Shown: positions 54,334 through 62,768 of the stretch, in pieces
How the letters are laid out: every line of letters begins with the position of its first letter
Numbering within the stretch: position 1 is the first letter of the stretch
DNA from: Intestinimonas sp.
Lineage (GTDB): Bacteria; Bacillota; Clostridia; Oscillospirales; Oscillospiraceae
Length of the DNA: 64,000 nt
Direction: 5' to 3'
Assembly: GCA_022653075.1 (NCBI GenBank)
Contig: JALCSB010000001.1
Span: 128,327 to 192,326 of the forward strand
The notes under the pieces: generated by a model
What the model was told of the DNA's origin: nothing
The model's database searches: none
What the model saw: the letters and a program-made list of their open reading frames with translations, nothing else
Position numbers and translations under genes: made by a program

Positions 54334-55251
54334 ATGACTAATATTATTGAAGTAAATCATTTCACAAAACGATACGGAAATTTTACAGCGGTAGACGATA
54401 TATCTTTTTCTGTCAAAGAAGGCGCCATCTTCTCGTTTTTGGGGCCAAACGGAGCGGGAAAAAGCACTACGATCAATACGTTATGTACGATCCTCGATAA
54501 AACGGAAGGAGAAATATATATCGGCGGGCACGACGTAACCAAACAAAAAGATCTTGTCCGAAAAGATATTGGTATCGTCTTTCAGGAATCGACTCTTGAT
54601 CAAAAATTGACCGTCGAGGAAAATCTGCTGTTCCACTGTGATTTTTACGGTGTACCGAGGAAAGAAGCAAATCAGCGGATTGATTTCGTATTAAACCTTG
54701 TGGATTTAAAAGACCGTAAAAAAGATGTGGTGGGCAGTCTGTCCGGAGGTATGAAAAGGCGCGTGGAAATTGCGCGCGGGCTGGTGCATGACCCAAGGGT
54801 GCTGTTTCTCGATGAACCGACGGCGGGGCTCGACCCGCAGACGCGGGCAAATGTCTGGGATTATATCCGCAGGCTTCAGAAGCAGAAAAACATCACAATT
54901 TTTTTAACTACTCACTACATGGATGAGGCGGAAATCAGTTCCAGTGTCGCCATTATGGATCACGGTAAAATTGTGGCATCCGGAACACCGGCAAAGTTAA
55001 AATCGCAGTTTACGGGAACGCGGATGGAAATTACAGCGGCTGACCCGAACAACATGGCGGCCTGTTTGAAAAAATCGAATTTTCAGTTTTCCCAAGCAGA
55101 CTGCCATTTTGATCTGTCAATTAAAGAGAATAAAAAAGCGATTGATTTTCTTAGCAGGGAAAAAAATAATATTCAGGACTTTGAAGTCACAAAGGGTTCG
55201 TTAAATGATGTGTTTTTGGCGGTAACGGGAAGGGAGATTCGGGAATCATGA
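54334..55251 (+). CDS. ABC transporter ATP-binding protein
   Basis: Walker A GPNGAGKST, signature LSGGMKRR and Walker B VLFLDEPT. Confidence 0.9.
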   Translation: MTNIIEVNHFTKRYGNFTAVDDISFSVKEGAIFSFLGPNGAGKSTTINTLCTILDKTEGEIYIGGHDVTKQKDLVRKDIGIVFQESTLDQKLTVEENLLFHCDFYGVPRKEANQRIDFVLNLVDLKDRKKDVVGSLSGGMKRRVEIARGLVHDPRVLFLDEPTAGLDPQTRANVWDYIRRLQKQKNITIFLTTHYMDEAEISSSVAIMDHGKIVASGTPAKLKSQFTGTRMEITAADPNNMAACLKKSNFQFSQADCHFDLSIKENKKAIDFLSREKNNIQDFEVTKGSLNDVFLAVTGREIRES

Positions 55252-56072
55252 AAAAAACAGCTGCAATTTTACGCCGCAATCTGCTGAATTTTACGCGCGA
55301 TAAAGTGCGTATGATCGGAAGCTTTGTTATGTCCTTTTTCTTTCTGTTTGTTTTTTCTTTTGTGATGAAATCCTCCGTTGGCAGAATAGCGCAGCCGATG
55401 AATTATTTAATCAGCGGTATCATTATCATGACGGTGTTTCAGCAGGCTCTCAACAATTCCACGGCTATTCTGGATGATATTTCGAATGGATTTATGAAAG
55501 AAATTTTAGTAGCGCCGATCTCTCGCCGAGAGATTTCAATTGGGCAAATCCTTTCCTCTTCCGTCATTGCGGTACTGCAGGGGTTGATTATCCTAATCGC
55601 CGGATTGTTTATGGGGCTCCGCCTTGATCTCCTGCATTTTATCGGTACGGTGGGTATCATGGCGGTCGCCGGTATCACTTTCGGTTCGCTCGGACTTTTT
55701 ATCGCAACGGTCTCCAAAGGTTCTTCCGCATTTCAGGTCCTTTCAACCATTCTTGTCATGCCGCTTACTTTCCTTTCGGGAGCTTACATTCCAACAACGA
55801 TTCTTCCGAATTTTCTATTGCCGGTCGTTTACATCAATCCTCTTACCTACATCACATCCATTTTCCGCTTTATTACGATGAGTATGGAAAACCTGCCTGT
55901 TTCGCAGCTTGTGGAAGAAGGAATCGCCTTTAATATTCATGGGTTTATCCTAATGCCGCAGATGGGACTTTTGATCGTTATCGCCATCGGATTATGCTTT
56001 TTTGCCTTGTGTGTCCGGAAGTTCAATCAGGCGGATTTCTCAGTAGTAAAGACATTTCACCACCACATGTGA
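55248..56072 (+). CDS. ABC-2 type transporter permease
   Basis: Six-helix membrane protein translationally coupled to the ATPase gene (ATGA overlap). Confidence 0.8.
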   Translation: MKKTAAILRRNLLNFTRDKVRMIGSFVMSFFFLFVFSFVMKSSVGRIAQPMNYLISGIIIMTVFQQALNNSTAILDDISNGFMKEILVAPISRREISIGQILSSSVIAVLQGLIILIAGLFMGLRLDLLHFIGTVGIMAVAGITFGSLGLFIATVSKGSSAFQVLSTILVMPLTFLSGAYIPTTILPNFLLPVVYINPLTYITSIFRFITMSMENLPVSQLVEEGIAFNIHGFILMPQMGLLIVIAIGLCFFALCVRKFNQADFSVVKTFHHHM

Positions 56073-56096
56073 GGGAGGGCGCAAGGTGACGACACA

Positions 56097-56516
56097 ATGG
56101 AACAGAGAGATACCGTGAATTTATCTTCCTCAGACCGGAGATATCTTACAGCAATCTATCAACTGAGCTTCGGGTCAAAATCCCATGCCGTGCGACCGGT
56201 TGATGTCGCCGCATTGGCCGGGGTATCCCGTCCGAGCGTCACCCATGCGTTAAAACGCCTGCAGCAGCAAAAAATCATTTTCAGAATTCCTCAAAAAGGC
56301 GTCACGCTGACACAGGAGGGATATGAAATCGCCGAGTCCATCCAATTCCGGTACCACACGGTGGAGTCGTTTCTGGAAACCACGCTGGACGTGGATCAGG
56401 CGACGGCAGAGCAGGATGCATGGAACATAGAGCGCGTAGTCAGCGCTGCCACCATTTGTAAGATGGATCAATTCAACCAGAAGAATGCCGGTTCCAATTA
56501 TGCGTTAAACCGGTAA
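56097..56516 (+). CDS. DtxR/MntR-family metal-dependent transcriptional regulator
   Basis: RYLTAIYQL...VRPVDVAALAGVSRPSVTHALKRL...LTQEGYEIAESIQFRYHTVESFL matches the DtxR N-terminal and dimerisation domains. Confidence 0.75.
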   Translation: MEQRDTVNLSSSDRRYLTAIYQLSFGSKSHAVRPVDVAALAGVSRPSVTHALKRLQQQKIIFRIPQKGVTLTQEGYEIAESIQFRYHTVESFLETTLDVDQATAEQDAWNIERVVSAATICKMDQFNQKNAGSNYALNR

Positions 56517-57184
56517 CCGGCACCCCACAGCGTCTCTATAAATTCCGGGTTGGAGGGGTCCCTCTCTATTTTTTTGCGGATTTTTTGAATGTGGACCGGC
56601 ACGGTGGCCTGTTCCCCACAAAAATCCTGTCCCCAAATGGATGTGAGCAAATGCTCCTTGCTGAACACGATGTTCGGGTTGGATGCAAGGAACACCAGCA
56701 GTTCATACTCCTTGGCTGTCATCGTGACTTCCTGGCCGCTGACAAATACCTGATGCGCCGCCGTATGAATCTCAAGATTTCTAATGGTCAGGAGATCGGA
56801 TGAAGCGGTTTTGCCGCGCAGACGCTCATACCGGCTGATATGTGCTTTAACGCGGGCCGCGAGTTCAGCCGGGCTGAATGGTTTTGTCATATAATCGTCC
56901 GCTCCGAAATCAAGTCCACGGATTTTATCAATATCGTCGGATCGGGCGGAAACGATGATCATTGGAATTTCCTTCTCTTTGCGGATTTCCCGTATGACGT
57001 CGAATCCGCTTTTTCCCGGCAGCATCAAGTCGACAATCAGCAGGGCATAGCGGTTCGACAGAGCCTTTTGGACTGCCTTGTCCCCGTCCGGTTCGATATC
57101 CGTATCAAATCCGTTGAGTTTCAGGTAATCACGCTCTAATTCCGCAATGTTTTGGTCATCCTCAATAATCAAAATCTTTTTCAT
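56498..57184 (-). CDS. OmpR-family response regulator
   Basis: MKKILIIEDD...LLIVDLMLPG receiver domain and a C-terminal winged-helix (ETLWGAGYRF). The start overlaps the kinase stop. Confidence 0.9.
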   Translation of the reverse strand: MKKILIIEDDQNIAELERDYLKLNGFDTDIEPDGDKAVQKALSNRYALLIVDLMLPGKSGFDVIREIRKEKEIPMIIVSARSDDIDKIRGLDFGADDYMTKPFSPAELAARVKAHISRYERLRGKTASSDLLTIRNLEIHTAAHQVFVSGQEVTMTAKEYELLVFLASNPNIVFSKEHLLTSIWGQDFCGEQATVPVHIQKIRKKIERDPSNPEFIETLWGAGYRFNA

Positions 57185-58536
57185 TTTATATCCTCCGATC
57201 TTTTTGGGGCGGCAGTCGGAAACGACAGGGTAAAACAGGTGCCGCACCCTTCTTCGCTTATCACAGATATTGTCCCACTGTGTGCTTCCACCAGTTCTTT
57301 TGCGATGGCAAGCCCAAGGCCTGTTCCGGAAAAATCCTTGGTTCGCTCGCTGTCCACACGGTAGAACCGTTCGAAAATGTGGGGCAGTTTTTCAGGCGGA
57401 ATGCCGGGACCGTTGTCGGATATATCGATATGAAATTCCTTTTCTCCGCCGTACAGCCGCACATCGATTGAAAGCCCGGTTTTCGGGCCGTATTTTATGG
57501 CGTTTTCCGTGAGGTTACGGATAATCTGATGAAACCGGCGTCCGTCAAGATTTGCTTGGCAGTTCCCCTGCAGGTCGTCCCTGTACCGCATGGAAACTCC
57601 CCTTTCCTCGAAATCCAAATTCAATTCTTCGATCATATCCCACAGGAAAGGACGGACACTGACCGTTTTAAAGTTCAATTCAAGCTTTTGCATATCAAGC
57701 TTTGAAAACAAAAACAGATCGTCTATCAGGTGATTCATATAATCCGTGTTGTCCGATATGATTTTTAAGTATTTTGCCTTTTTTGCGTCGGAAAGATCAT
57801 TCCGGTCCAGAAGAGCTTCGATATATCCTTCAATGGAAGTCATCGGAGTCTTTAAATCATGCGATATATTGGCAATGAGAGCTTTCCGGTTATTCTCATA
57901 TTCCGTCTGAATCCGCTCGTCTTCCTTGAGCTTTTGAGCCATCCCGTTAAACGCAGCAATCAGCGAATTAATTTCACTGGATCTTTCGGCCTTCACCTCG
58001 ACATTATAATTTCCTTTTGCAATTTCGTCCACGCTGTTTGTAAGTTCTTCCACCGGCAGCAGGATGCGGCTTTTTACCCGCATAAGGAATGTCAATTCTA
58101 AAAGACTGCCAGCGGTGGAAACCAAGGCGAAAATCAGAATAATAATCTTCAAAACCGTGGAAACTCCGCCAAACCAAAACAGAAGTCCCCAGAGAATCAA
58201 ATTAATAACCATCGAAATTGGGCGAGTCACGTGAATATGCCGGTAATACTGCTTTAAATCCGATTGATACCTGCGAGCGTGGATATGACGCTTTACAATT
58301 TCCTCATTTATTTTTTCATCGACGGCATGCATTTTATCTCGAATCATCTTCTTCTCGGCATTCGTGGCCGAGAGATATTTTCGAAACAATGATCTTTTTT
58401 CCCGTTTAAGCTCGGTTAATTTTGACTTGCTGTGAAAAAGCCGATGCTTTTTATACCAACTAACAGAATGTTTCACTTTCACTTCAACCCACTTATCAGT
58501 TTTTTGTATATTACCATACAATTTTAAAAATTTCAT
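57181..58536 (-). CDS. sensor histidine kinase
   Basis: TM segments, HAMP-like linker, H-box ISHDLKTPMTSI, N box and G box GTGLGLAIAKELVEAHSG. Confidence 0.9.
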   Translation of the reverse strand: MKFLKLYGNIQKTDKWVEVKVKHSVSWYKKHRLFHSKSKLTELKREKRSLFRKYLSATNAEKKMIRDKMHAVDEKINEEIVKRHIHARRYQSDLKQYYRHIHVTRPISMVINLILWGLLFWFGGVSTVLKIIILIFALVSTAGSLLELTFLMRVKSRILLPVEELTNSVDEIAKGNYNVEVKAERSSEINSLIAAFNGMAQKLKEDERIQTEYENNRKALIANISHDLKTPMTSIEGYIEALLDRNDLSDAKKAKYLKIISDNTDYMNHLIDDLFLFSKLDMQKLELNFKTVSVRPFLWDMIEELNLDFEERGVSMRYRDDLQGNCQANLDGRRFHQIIRNLTENAIKYGPKTGLSIDVRLYGGEKEFHIDISDNGPGIPPEKLPHIFERFYRVDSERTKDFSGTGLGLAIAKELVEAHSGTISVISEEGCGTCFTLSFPTAAPKRSEDIK

Positions 58537-58664
58537 AAAATGAAATCATATTACCAACGTAACAATTATAACGTCGGAATGTATCGAAAACAATTGACGT
58601 ACAACGAAAGAAGTGTTATATTAATAATTAGTCAAGCGGTTGACAATAAAGTGGTTTACTAAGT

Positions 58665-59132
58665 ATGGGAGGATTATCTGTGACAAATCAAGAAATGGAC
58701 GGTCTGATTTCAGATGTGTCCTTTGTCGTGCATGATCTTACGAGAACGGCTTTTGCAAAGATTGATGAGTATTTAAGAGAATTTGGGCTGGTAAGAACTC
58801 ATGCGTCGATATTAAGGCTACTTAAAATCAGTTCCGAAATGTCTATGACGGATTTAAGCGATAAACTGCAGGTTACCAAACAAAATATTACCCAGTTGAT
58901 TGATAAGCTTGAAAAATTGGGCTATGTAGAGCGTTCCAGAGCATCAAATGATCGAAGAATCATTCTCATCCGACTAAGCTCGGCTGGAGAAGAATTTGTC
59001 GATAATTATGTAAAAAAATTTTACAACTATTTTTCAAAGCTGTTTTCAAAGCTTGAACCTGAGGATTTAAATCAGTTTCAGTCCGATATTTCATCACTGA
59101 AACAGATTCTCTCAAAACTAAAGGAGGATTGA
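58665..59132 (+). CDS. MarR-family transcriptional regulator
   Basis: The wHTH segment MTDLSDKLQVTKQNITQLIDKLEKLGYVER...DRR fits the family. Confidence 0.8.
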   Translation: MGGLSVTNQEMDGLISDVSFVVHDLTRTAFAKIDEYLREFGLVRTHASILRLLKISSEMSMTDLSDKLQVTKQNITQLIDKLEKLGYVERSRASNDRRIILIRLSSAGEEFVDNYVKKFYNYFSKLFSKLEPEDLNQFQSDISSLKQILSKLKED

Positions 59133-59136
59133 GTGA

Positions 59137-60696
59137 ATGCCCGAACCTATCAAAAAGACAAAACAGACAGTAATTTTGGTTGGAGTACTTTTTGTCGCTT
59201 TTCTTATCTATTTAAACAGTACCATTATCGGTACGGCAACGCCTAAAATCGTGGCGTCATTGAATGGGATGGCTTATGTCGGCTGGATTTCCAGTATATA
59301 TATGTTGGCATCGGTGGTGTGCATCCCGGTATTCGGCAAGCTTTCGGATATGTATGGCAGAAAATGGTTTTATTTAAGTGGCCTTATCATATTCATTGTC
59401 GGTTCTTTTTTATCAGGAGTCGCGCAAACGATCTTTCAGCTGATTGCTTTCAGGGCCCTTCAGGGTGCGGGTTGCGGGATTATCACAGCAATTTCATCGG
59501 CGATACTAGCCGATATTTACACTCCGGCGGAACGTGGAAAAGCGCAGGGATACCTCGGCGGAGTCATGGGTGTTGCCAGCATATTCGGTCCGCTTGTCGG
59601 AGGTGTTTTAACGGACAAGCTTTCATGGAGATGGGTATTCTTTATTAATGTTCCGATTGGAATTATTCCGTTAATTATTTTATGGATCGTACTCTCACAA
59701 GTGAAAACGGAAAATACATCCAAAAAGGTTGACTGGCTTGGAACGATTTTTATCGCAGTGTTCTCTATCCCATTACTTCTGGCGTTAACATGGGGAGGCG
59801 ACAAATTCGCCTGGAATTCTCCGCAGATTATCGCTATGTTTCTTATTTCTGCCGTCGCGTTAATTGCTCTTCTCTGCATTGAAAATAAGGAAAAAGAGGC
59901 AATTATTCCTCTTACTTTGTTTCGAAATTCAATATTCAACATTACCAATATCACTATTTTTTGTCTGATGGCTTTACAGTATGGGCTGATGAATTATATG
60001 CCGCTCTTTACCGAAGGAGTGCTTAAGAAAAACGCCAGTGAATCAGGACTTATCATGTTCCCCATGGTACTTGGATTTTCTGTGGCTACCATATTAGGTG
60101 GATCTCTTATTACGAAAATCAAGAAATACAAAGCAATGTATGTGACCGGATACATAGTAATATTTATTGGAACTTTTCTTTTTTGTTTTTTAAATATAAA
60201 GTCCGGAAGTCTGGCAGTTGCAATGGAAATGCTGTTGTTTGGCATAGGGGCTGGAATCGCTTTCCCAATTTCAATGATCATTGTTCAGAATGCGTTCCCA
60301 TATTCACAGGTTGGCACCGTTACTGCTTCATTCCAATTTATTAGAAATTTTGGAGGTGCCATTGGAGTTGCGATCTTTGGAGTTTTGATAAACAATCAAT
60401 ACAGGTCTGCGTCTGTGGATATTCTGGAAACGGCAAGAAAATCAAAATTTTCCGACACAGTTGTAAACCTGCTAAGTTCACCCCAATCGCTGTTTGATAC
60501 AAAAACATTGAATTCCATTACTCAAAACATACCTAAGGACCTGATCAATACATTTTATACTCTTCTTGATAAATCCCGTGTTGCTTTGTCATCTTCCATG
60601 CATGATTTATTTATCCTGTTTGCAATTATCGCTCTTATCAGTATCGTTTTTGCTGTCTTTCTCAAAGAAATCCCGTTACGGGAAAAGAATGATTAA
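59137..60696 (+). CDS. MFS transporter, DHA2 (EmrB/QacA-like, 14-TMS) drug efflux family
   Basis: Motif A-like GKLSDMYGRK. Length and hydrophobic pattern fit a 14-TMS MFS transporter. Lies downstream of the MarR gene. Confidence 0.85.
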   Translation: MPEPIKKTKQTVILVGVLFVAFLIYLNSTIIGTATPKIVASLNGMAYVGWISSIYMLASVVCIPVFGKLSDMYGRKWFYLSGLIIFIVGSFLSGVAQTIFQLIAFRALQGAGCGIITAISSAILADIYTPAERGKAQGYLGGVMGVASIFGPLVGGVLTDKLSWRWVFFINVPIGIIPLIILWIVLSQVKTENTSKKVDWLGTIFIAVFSIPLLLALTWGGDKFAWNSPQIIAMFLISAVALIALLCIENKEKEAIIPLTLFRNSIFNITNITIFCLMALQYGLMNYMPLFTEGVLKKNASESGLIMFPMVLGFSVATILGGSLITKIKKYKAMYVTGYIVIFIGTFLFCFLNIKSGSLAVAMEMLLFGIGAGIAFPISMIIVQNAFPYSQVGTVTASFQFIRNFGGAIGVAIFGVLINNQYRSASVDILETARKSKFSDTVVNLLSSPQSLFDTKTLNSITQNIPKDLINTFYTLLDKSRVALSSSMHDLFILFAIIALISIVFAVFLKEIPLREKND

Positions 60697-61141
60697 TATC
60701 TTTATAACATCTTTCGCGTGTATGCGATTCCGGACAAGTCTGCTTACTAGGAAACCAAAATGATATATGGCGTTACCCGCCAAAGAAAAAAACGGTGCTT
60801 TGGCGGGTATCTCTTCATGCCGAAATATTGCAACTATATTCTCGCCCTCCAAACCCAAAAGTTTGGAGGGTTGCTTTACGTATTGGTCGATTCAGACTAA
60901 CTCGCTGCAGATTTGTTACAGCGATATTAGATCTTTAATATAGCCGACAGCCATGCGGATAAGTTCTGTATATGGGAACGTAAATGTCATCAACACAAAC
61001 GTGGATATAAGAGTGTACCAACGGACAGTTATGTCCGCAGGTACGCTCTTTTTGCGTTTTTAAGGGATATTCCCCGCTGCAGATCGCCGCCTTCTTGCCC
61101 TTCGTTTTCAACCAAATTTTGAAAATCAGGAGGACAAGCAT

Positions 61142-61555
61142 ATGTCGGAAGGTAAAAAATATACGATCTTTGTAAAACACCAGCACGTCGAAGTCAGCAA
61201 AGCGGTCTATCACGCTTACCATAAAGCGCGGGAAGCAGAACGGTATCAGGATAAGGTTGCCCGTCAATTCGAGCTTTCTCTGGAACGCTTTCAGGAGGAC
61301 GGCGTTCAAGTGGAGCTCCAACTTTCCATATATCAGCCTACCGTTGAGGACAGGCTCATCCAGCAAGAACAGTTGCAGAAATTGGGACAAGCCCTTGCTG
61401 CCTTGAATTCTGAAGAAAAGCTGTTGATTCATGAGCTGTTCTACAATGGTAAAAGTGAGCGAGTGTTGGCGCTGGAAACCGATGTTCCGAATATGACTAT
61501 TCATGACCGGAAGCAGCGTATTCTCAAAAAGTTAAGAAAGATAATAGAAAGCTAA
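61142..61555 (+). CDS. sigma-70 region-4-like HTH protein (ICE regulatory)
   Basis: ALNSEEKLLIHELFYNGKSERVLALETDVPNMTIHDRKQRILKKLR resembles sigma-70 region 4. Followed by the terminator CCCCCTCACT/AGTGAGGGGG. Confidence 0.65.
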   Translation: MSEGKKYTIFVKHQHVEVSKAVYHAYHKAREAERYQDKVARQFELSLERFQEDGVQVELQLSIYQPTVEDRLIQQEQLQKLGQALAALNSEEKLLIHELFYNGKSERVLALETDVPNMTIHDRKQRILKKLRKIIES

Positions 61556-62129
61556 AGTTTTTCCGTGCAACCCCCTCACTTTTTCCTTTATAGAAGTGAG
61601 GGGGATTTTTCTAATTCCCCGTGTTCCTTGAAAAACACCGAAATCATTCGGTTATATCCAGCAGTTCAGATACGTTAGCTGTTTCGCGTGATGAGCGAAA
61701 GCGGCATCGGAAAACACGCCAAGACCACCTGCAGGCAAGTCAGAGCTGCCTGTCAAAACGATTGCATCAAAGGTGCCGAGCGGGAAATGTTTGACCGGAA
61801 AACGATCCGTGGTGGATCGTACCGCCAAGACCGAAACAGCCTACAATGATACTTCCGTCCAGCCACAGACATCGCAATGGGGGCGGTCGCCGGAGATCCC
61901 GGCGAGGGTGTGAGTCCCATGACAGCCATATGTCACGCTCGCGTGACGTCAACCACTGGCTGGTCTGAATTGACTGCCCCGGCTCCGGGAAGTAGTGTCG
62001 AATAGGAGCAGCAAAAAACGAAGAACGAGTCTGGCGGTTTCATGCCAGATACCATGAGGGCAGGCGTTTTTATACGTCTGCCCTTATGCATGTGCCATGA
62101 AACAATTCATCGTGAAGGAGGAAATCAAT

Positions 62130-62507
62130 ATGCATACAAAACAAAAAGCGTGGCTTTATTGCCGCATTGACGCGCCGGAGGATACCCACGGCGCTTTAAA
62201 ACAACAGAAAGAAAAGCTGGACGGCTATGCCCGTCAGATGGGCTTCGAGGTTGTCGGGGCCTCCGAGGACTTGGGCAGTGGTCTGGATTATAACCGCGCT
62301 GGCCTGAAGGATGCGATGGCCGCCGCCAAAGAGGGAGAAGTAGATGCTTTGATTGTCCACTCCGTCAGCCGTATCGGTCGCAACACAGCGAAAACCGTTG
62401 ATTTTCTCCGACAGCTCAACGGTTGCGGCGTGAAGGTGTACTCTCCGCTGGAAGGAGAAATTTCCGTGGGGCGACAGGCCAAACTTTCGTCTCCATTACT
62501 CGGTTAG
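62130..62507 (+). CDS. resolvase-domain-only serine-recombinase-like protein lacking the nucleophile Ser
   Basis: AWLYCRIDAPED stands where YxRVS(S/T) is expected (Asp replaces Ser). SVSRIGRN and the rest of the resolvase N-domain are conserved. No DNA-binding or recombinase domain follows. GGAGGAA RBS precedes the ATG at 62130. Confidence 0.65.
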   Translation: MHTKQKAWLYCRIDAPEDTHGALKQQKEKLDGYARQMGFEVVGASEDLGSGLDYNRAGLKDAMAAAKEGEVDALIVHSVSRIGRNTAKTVDFLRQLNGCGVKVYSPLEGEISVGRQAKLSSPLLG

Positions 62508-62520
62508 GAGGCGTTCAACC

Positions 62521-62676
62521 ATGACACAGAAACAGGTAATGAATGAAATCAAATACCGGATGGCCCGAAATTTTCTAGTATCCCTTTTAAAACAGGGGAA
62601 AATCACCTCGCGGGAATACGAAAAGGCCGAGGAATACGCAGTCAAAAAGTATCGCCCGATACTCCGGTCGATTTAG
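62521..62676 (+). CDS. 51-aa helical micro-protein (MTQKQVMNEIKYRMARNFLVSLLKQGKITSREYEKAEEYAVKKYRPILRSI)
   Basis: AGGAGG lies 8 nt upstream of the ATG, between two recombinase genes. Below the ORF-track cutoff. Confidence 0.45.
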   Translation: MTQKQVMNEIKYRMARNFLVSLLKQGKITSREYEKAEEYAVKKYRPILRSI

Positions 62677-62768
62677 TGGATATTGTGATAGCTATTCCCG
62701 CGTCCATGTGGTAGTGTATGTGCTAATACCAAAAAGGTATCGAACCCACAAGAAAGGAGACAGTGAAA

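Noticed and set aside
60935-61504. ORF 60935..61504 (-, 189 aa)
   Set aside because: It is antisense to the sigma-70 region-4-like gene, which has an AGGAGG RBS and a recognisable HTH.
61556-62096. Possible cobalamin riboswitch or T-box leader in the pre-recombinase spacer
   Set aside because: Isolated matches exist (GGTGCC..GGGAAA, CCACTGG..GGGAAG, GGTGG....TACCGCC). However, no B12 box (AGCCAGGAGACCTGCC-like) is present. The T-box core GGGTGGTACCGCG is interrupted. The order and spacing do not fit either model.
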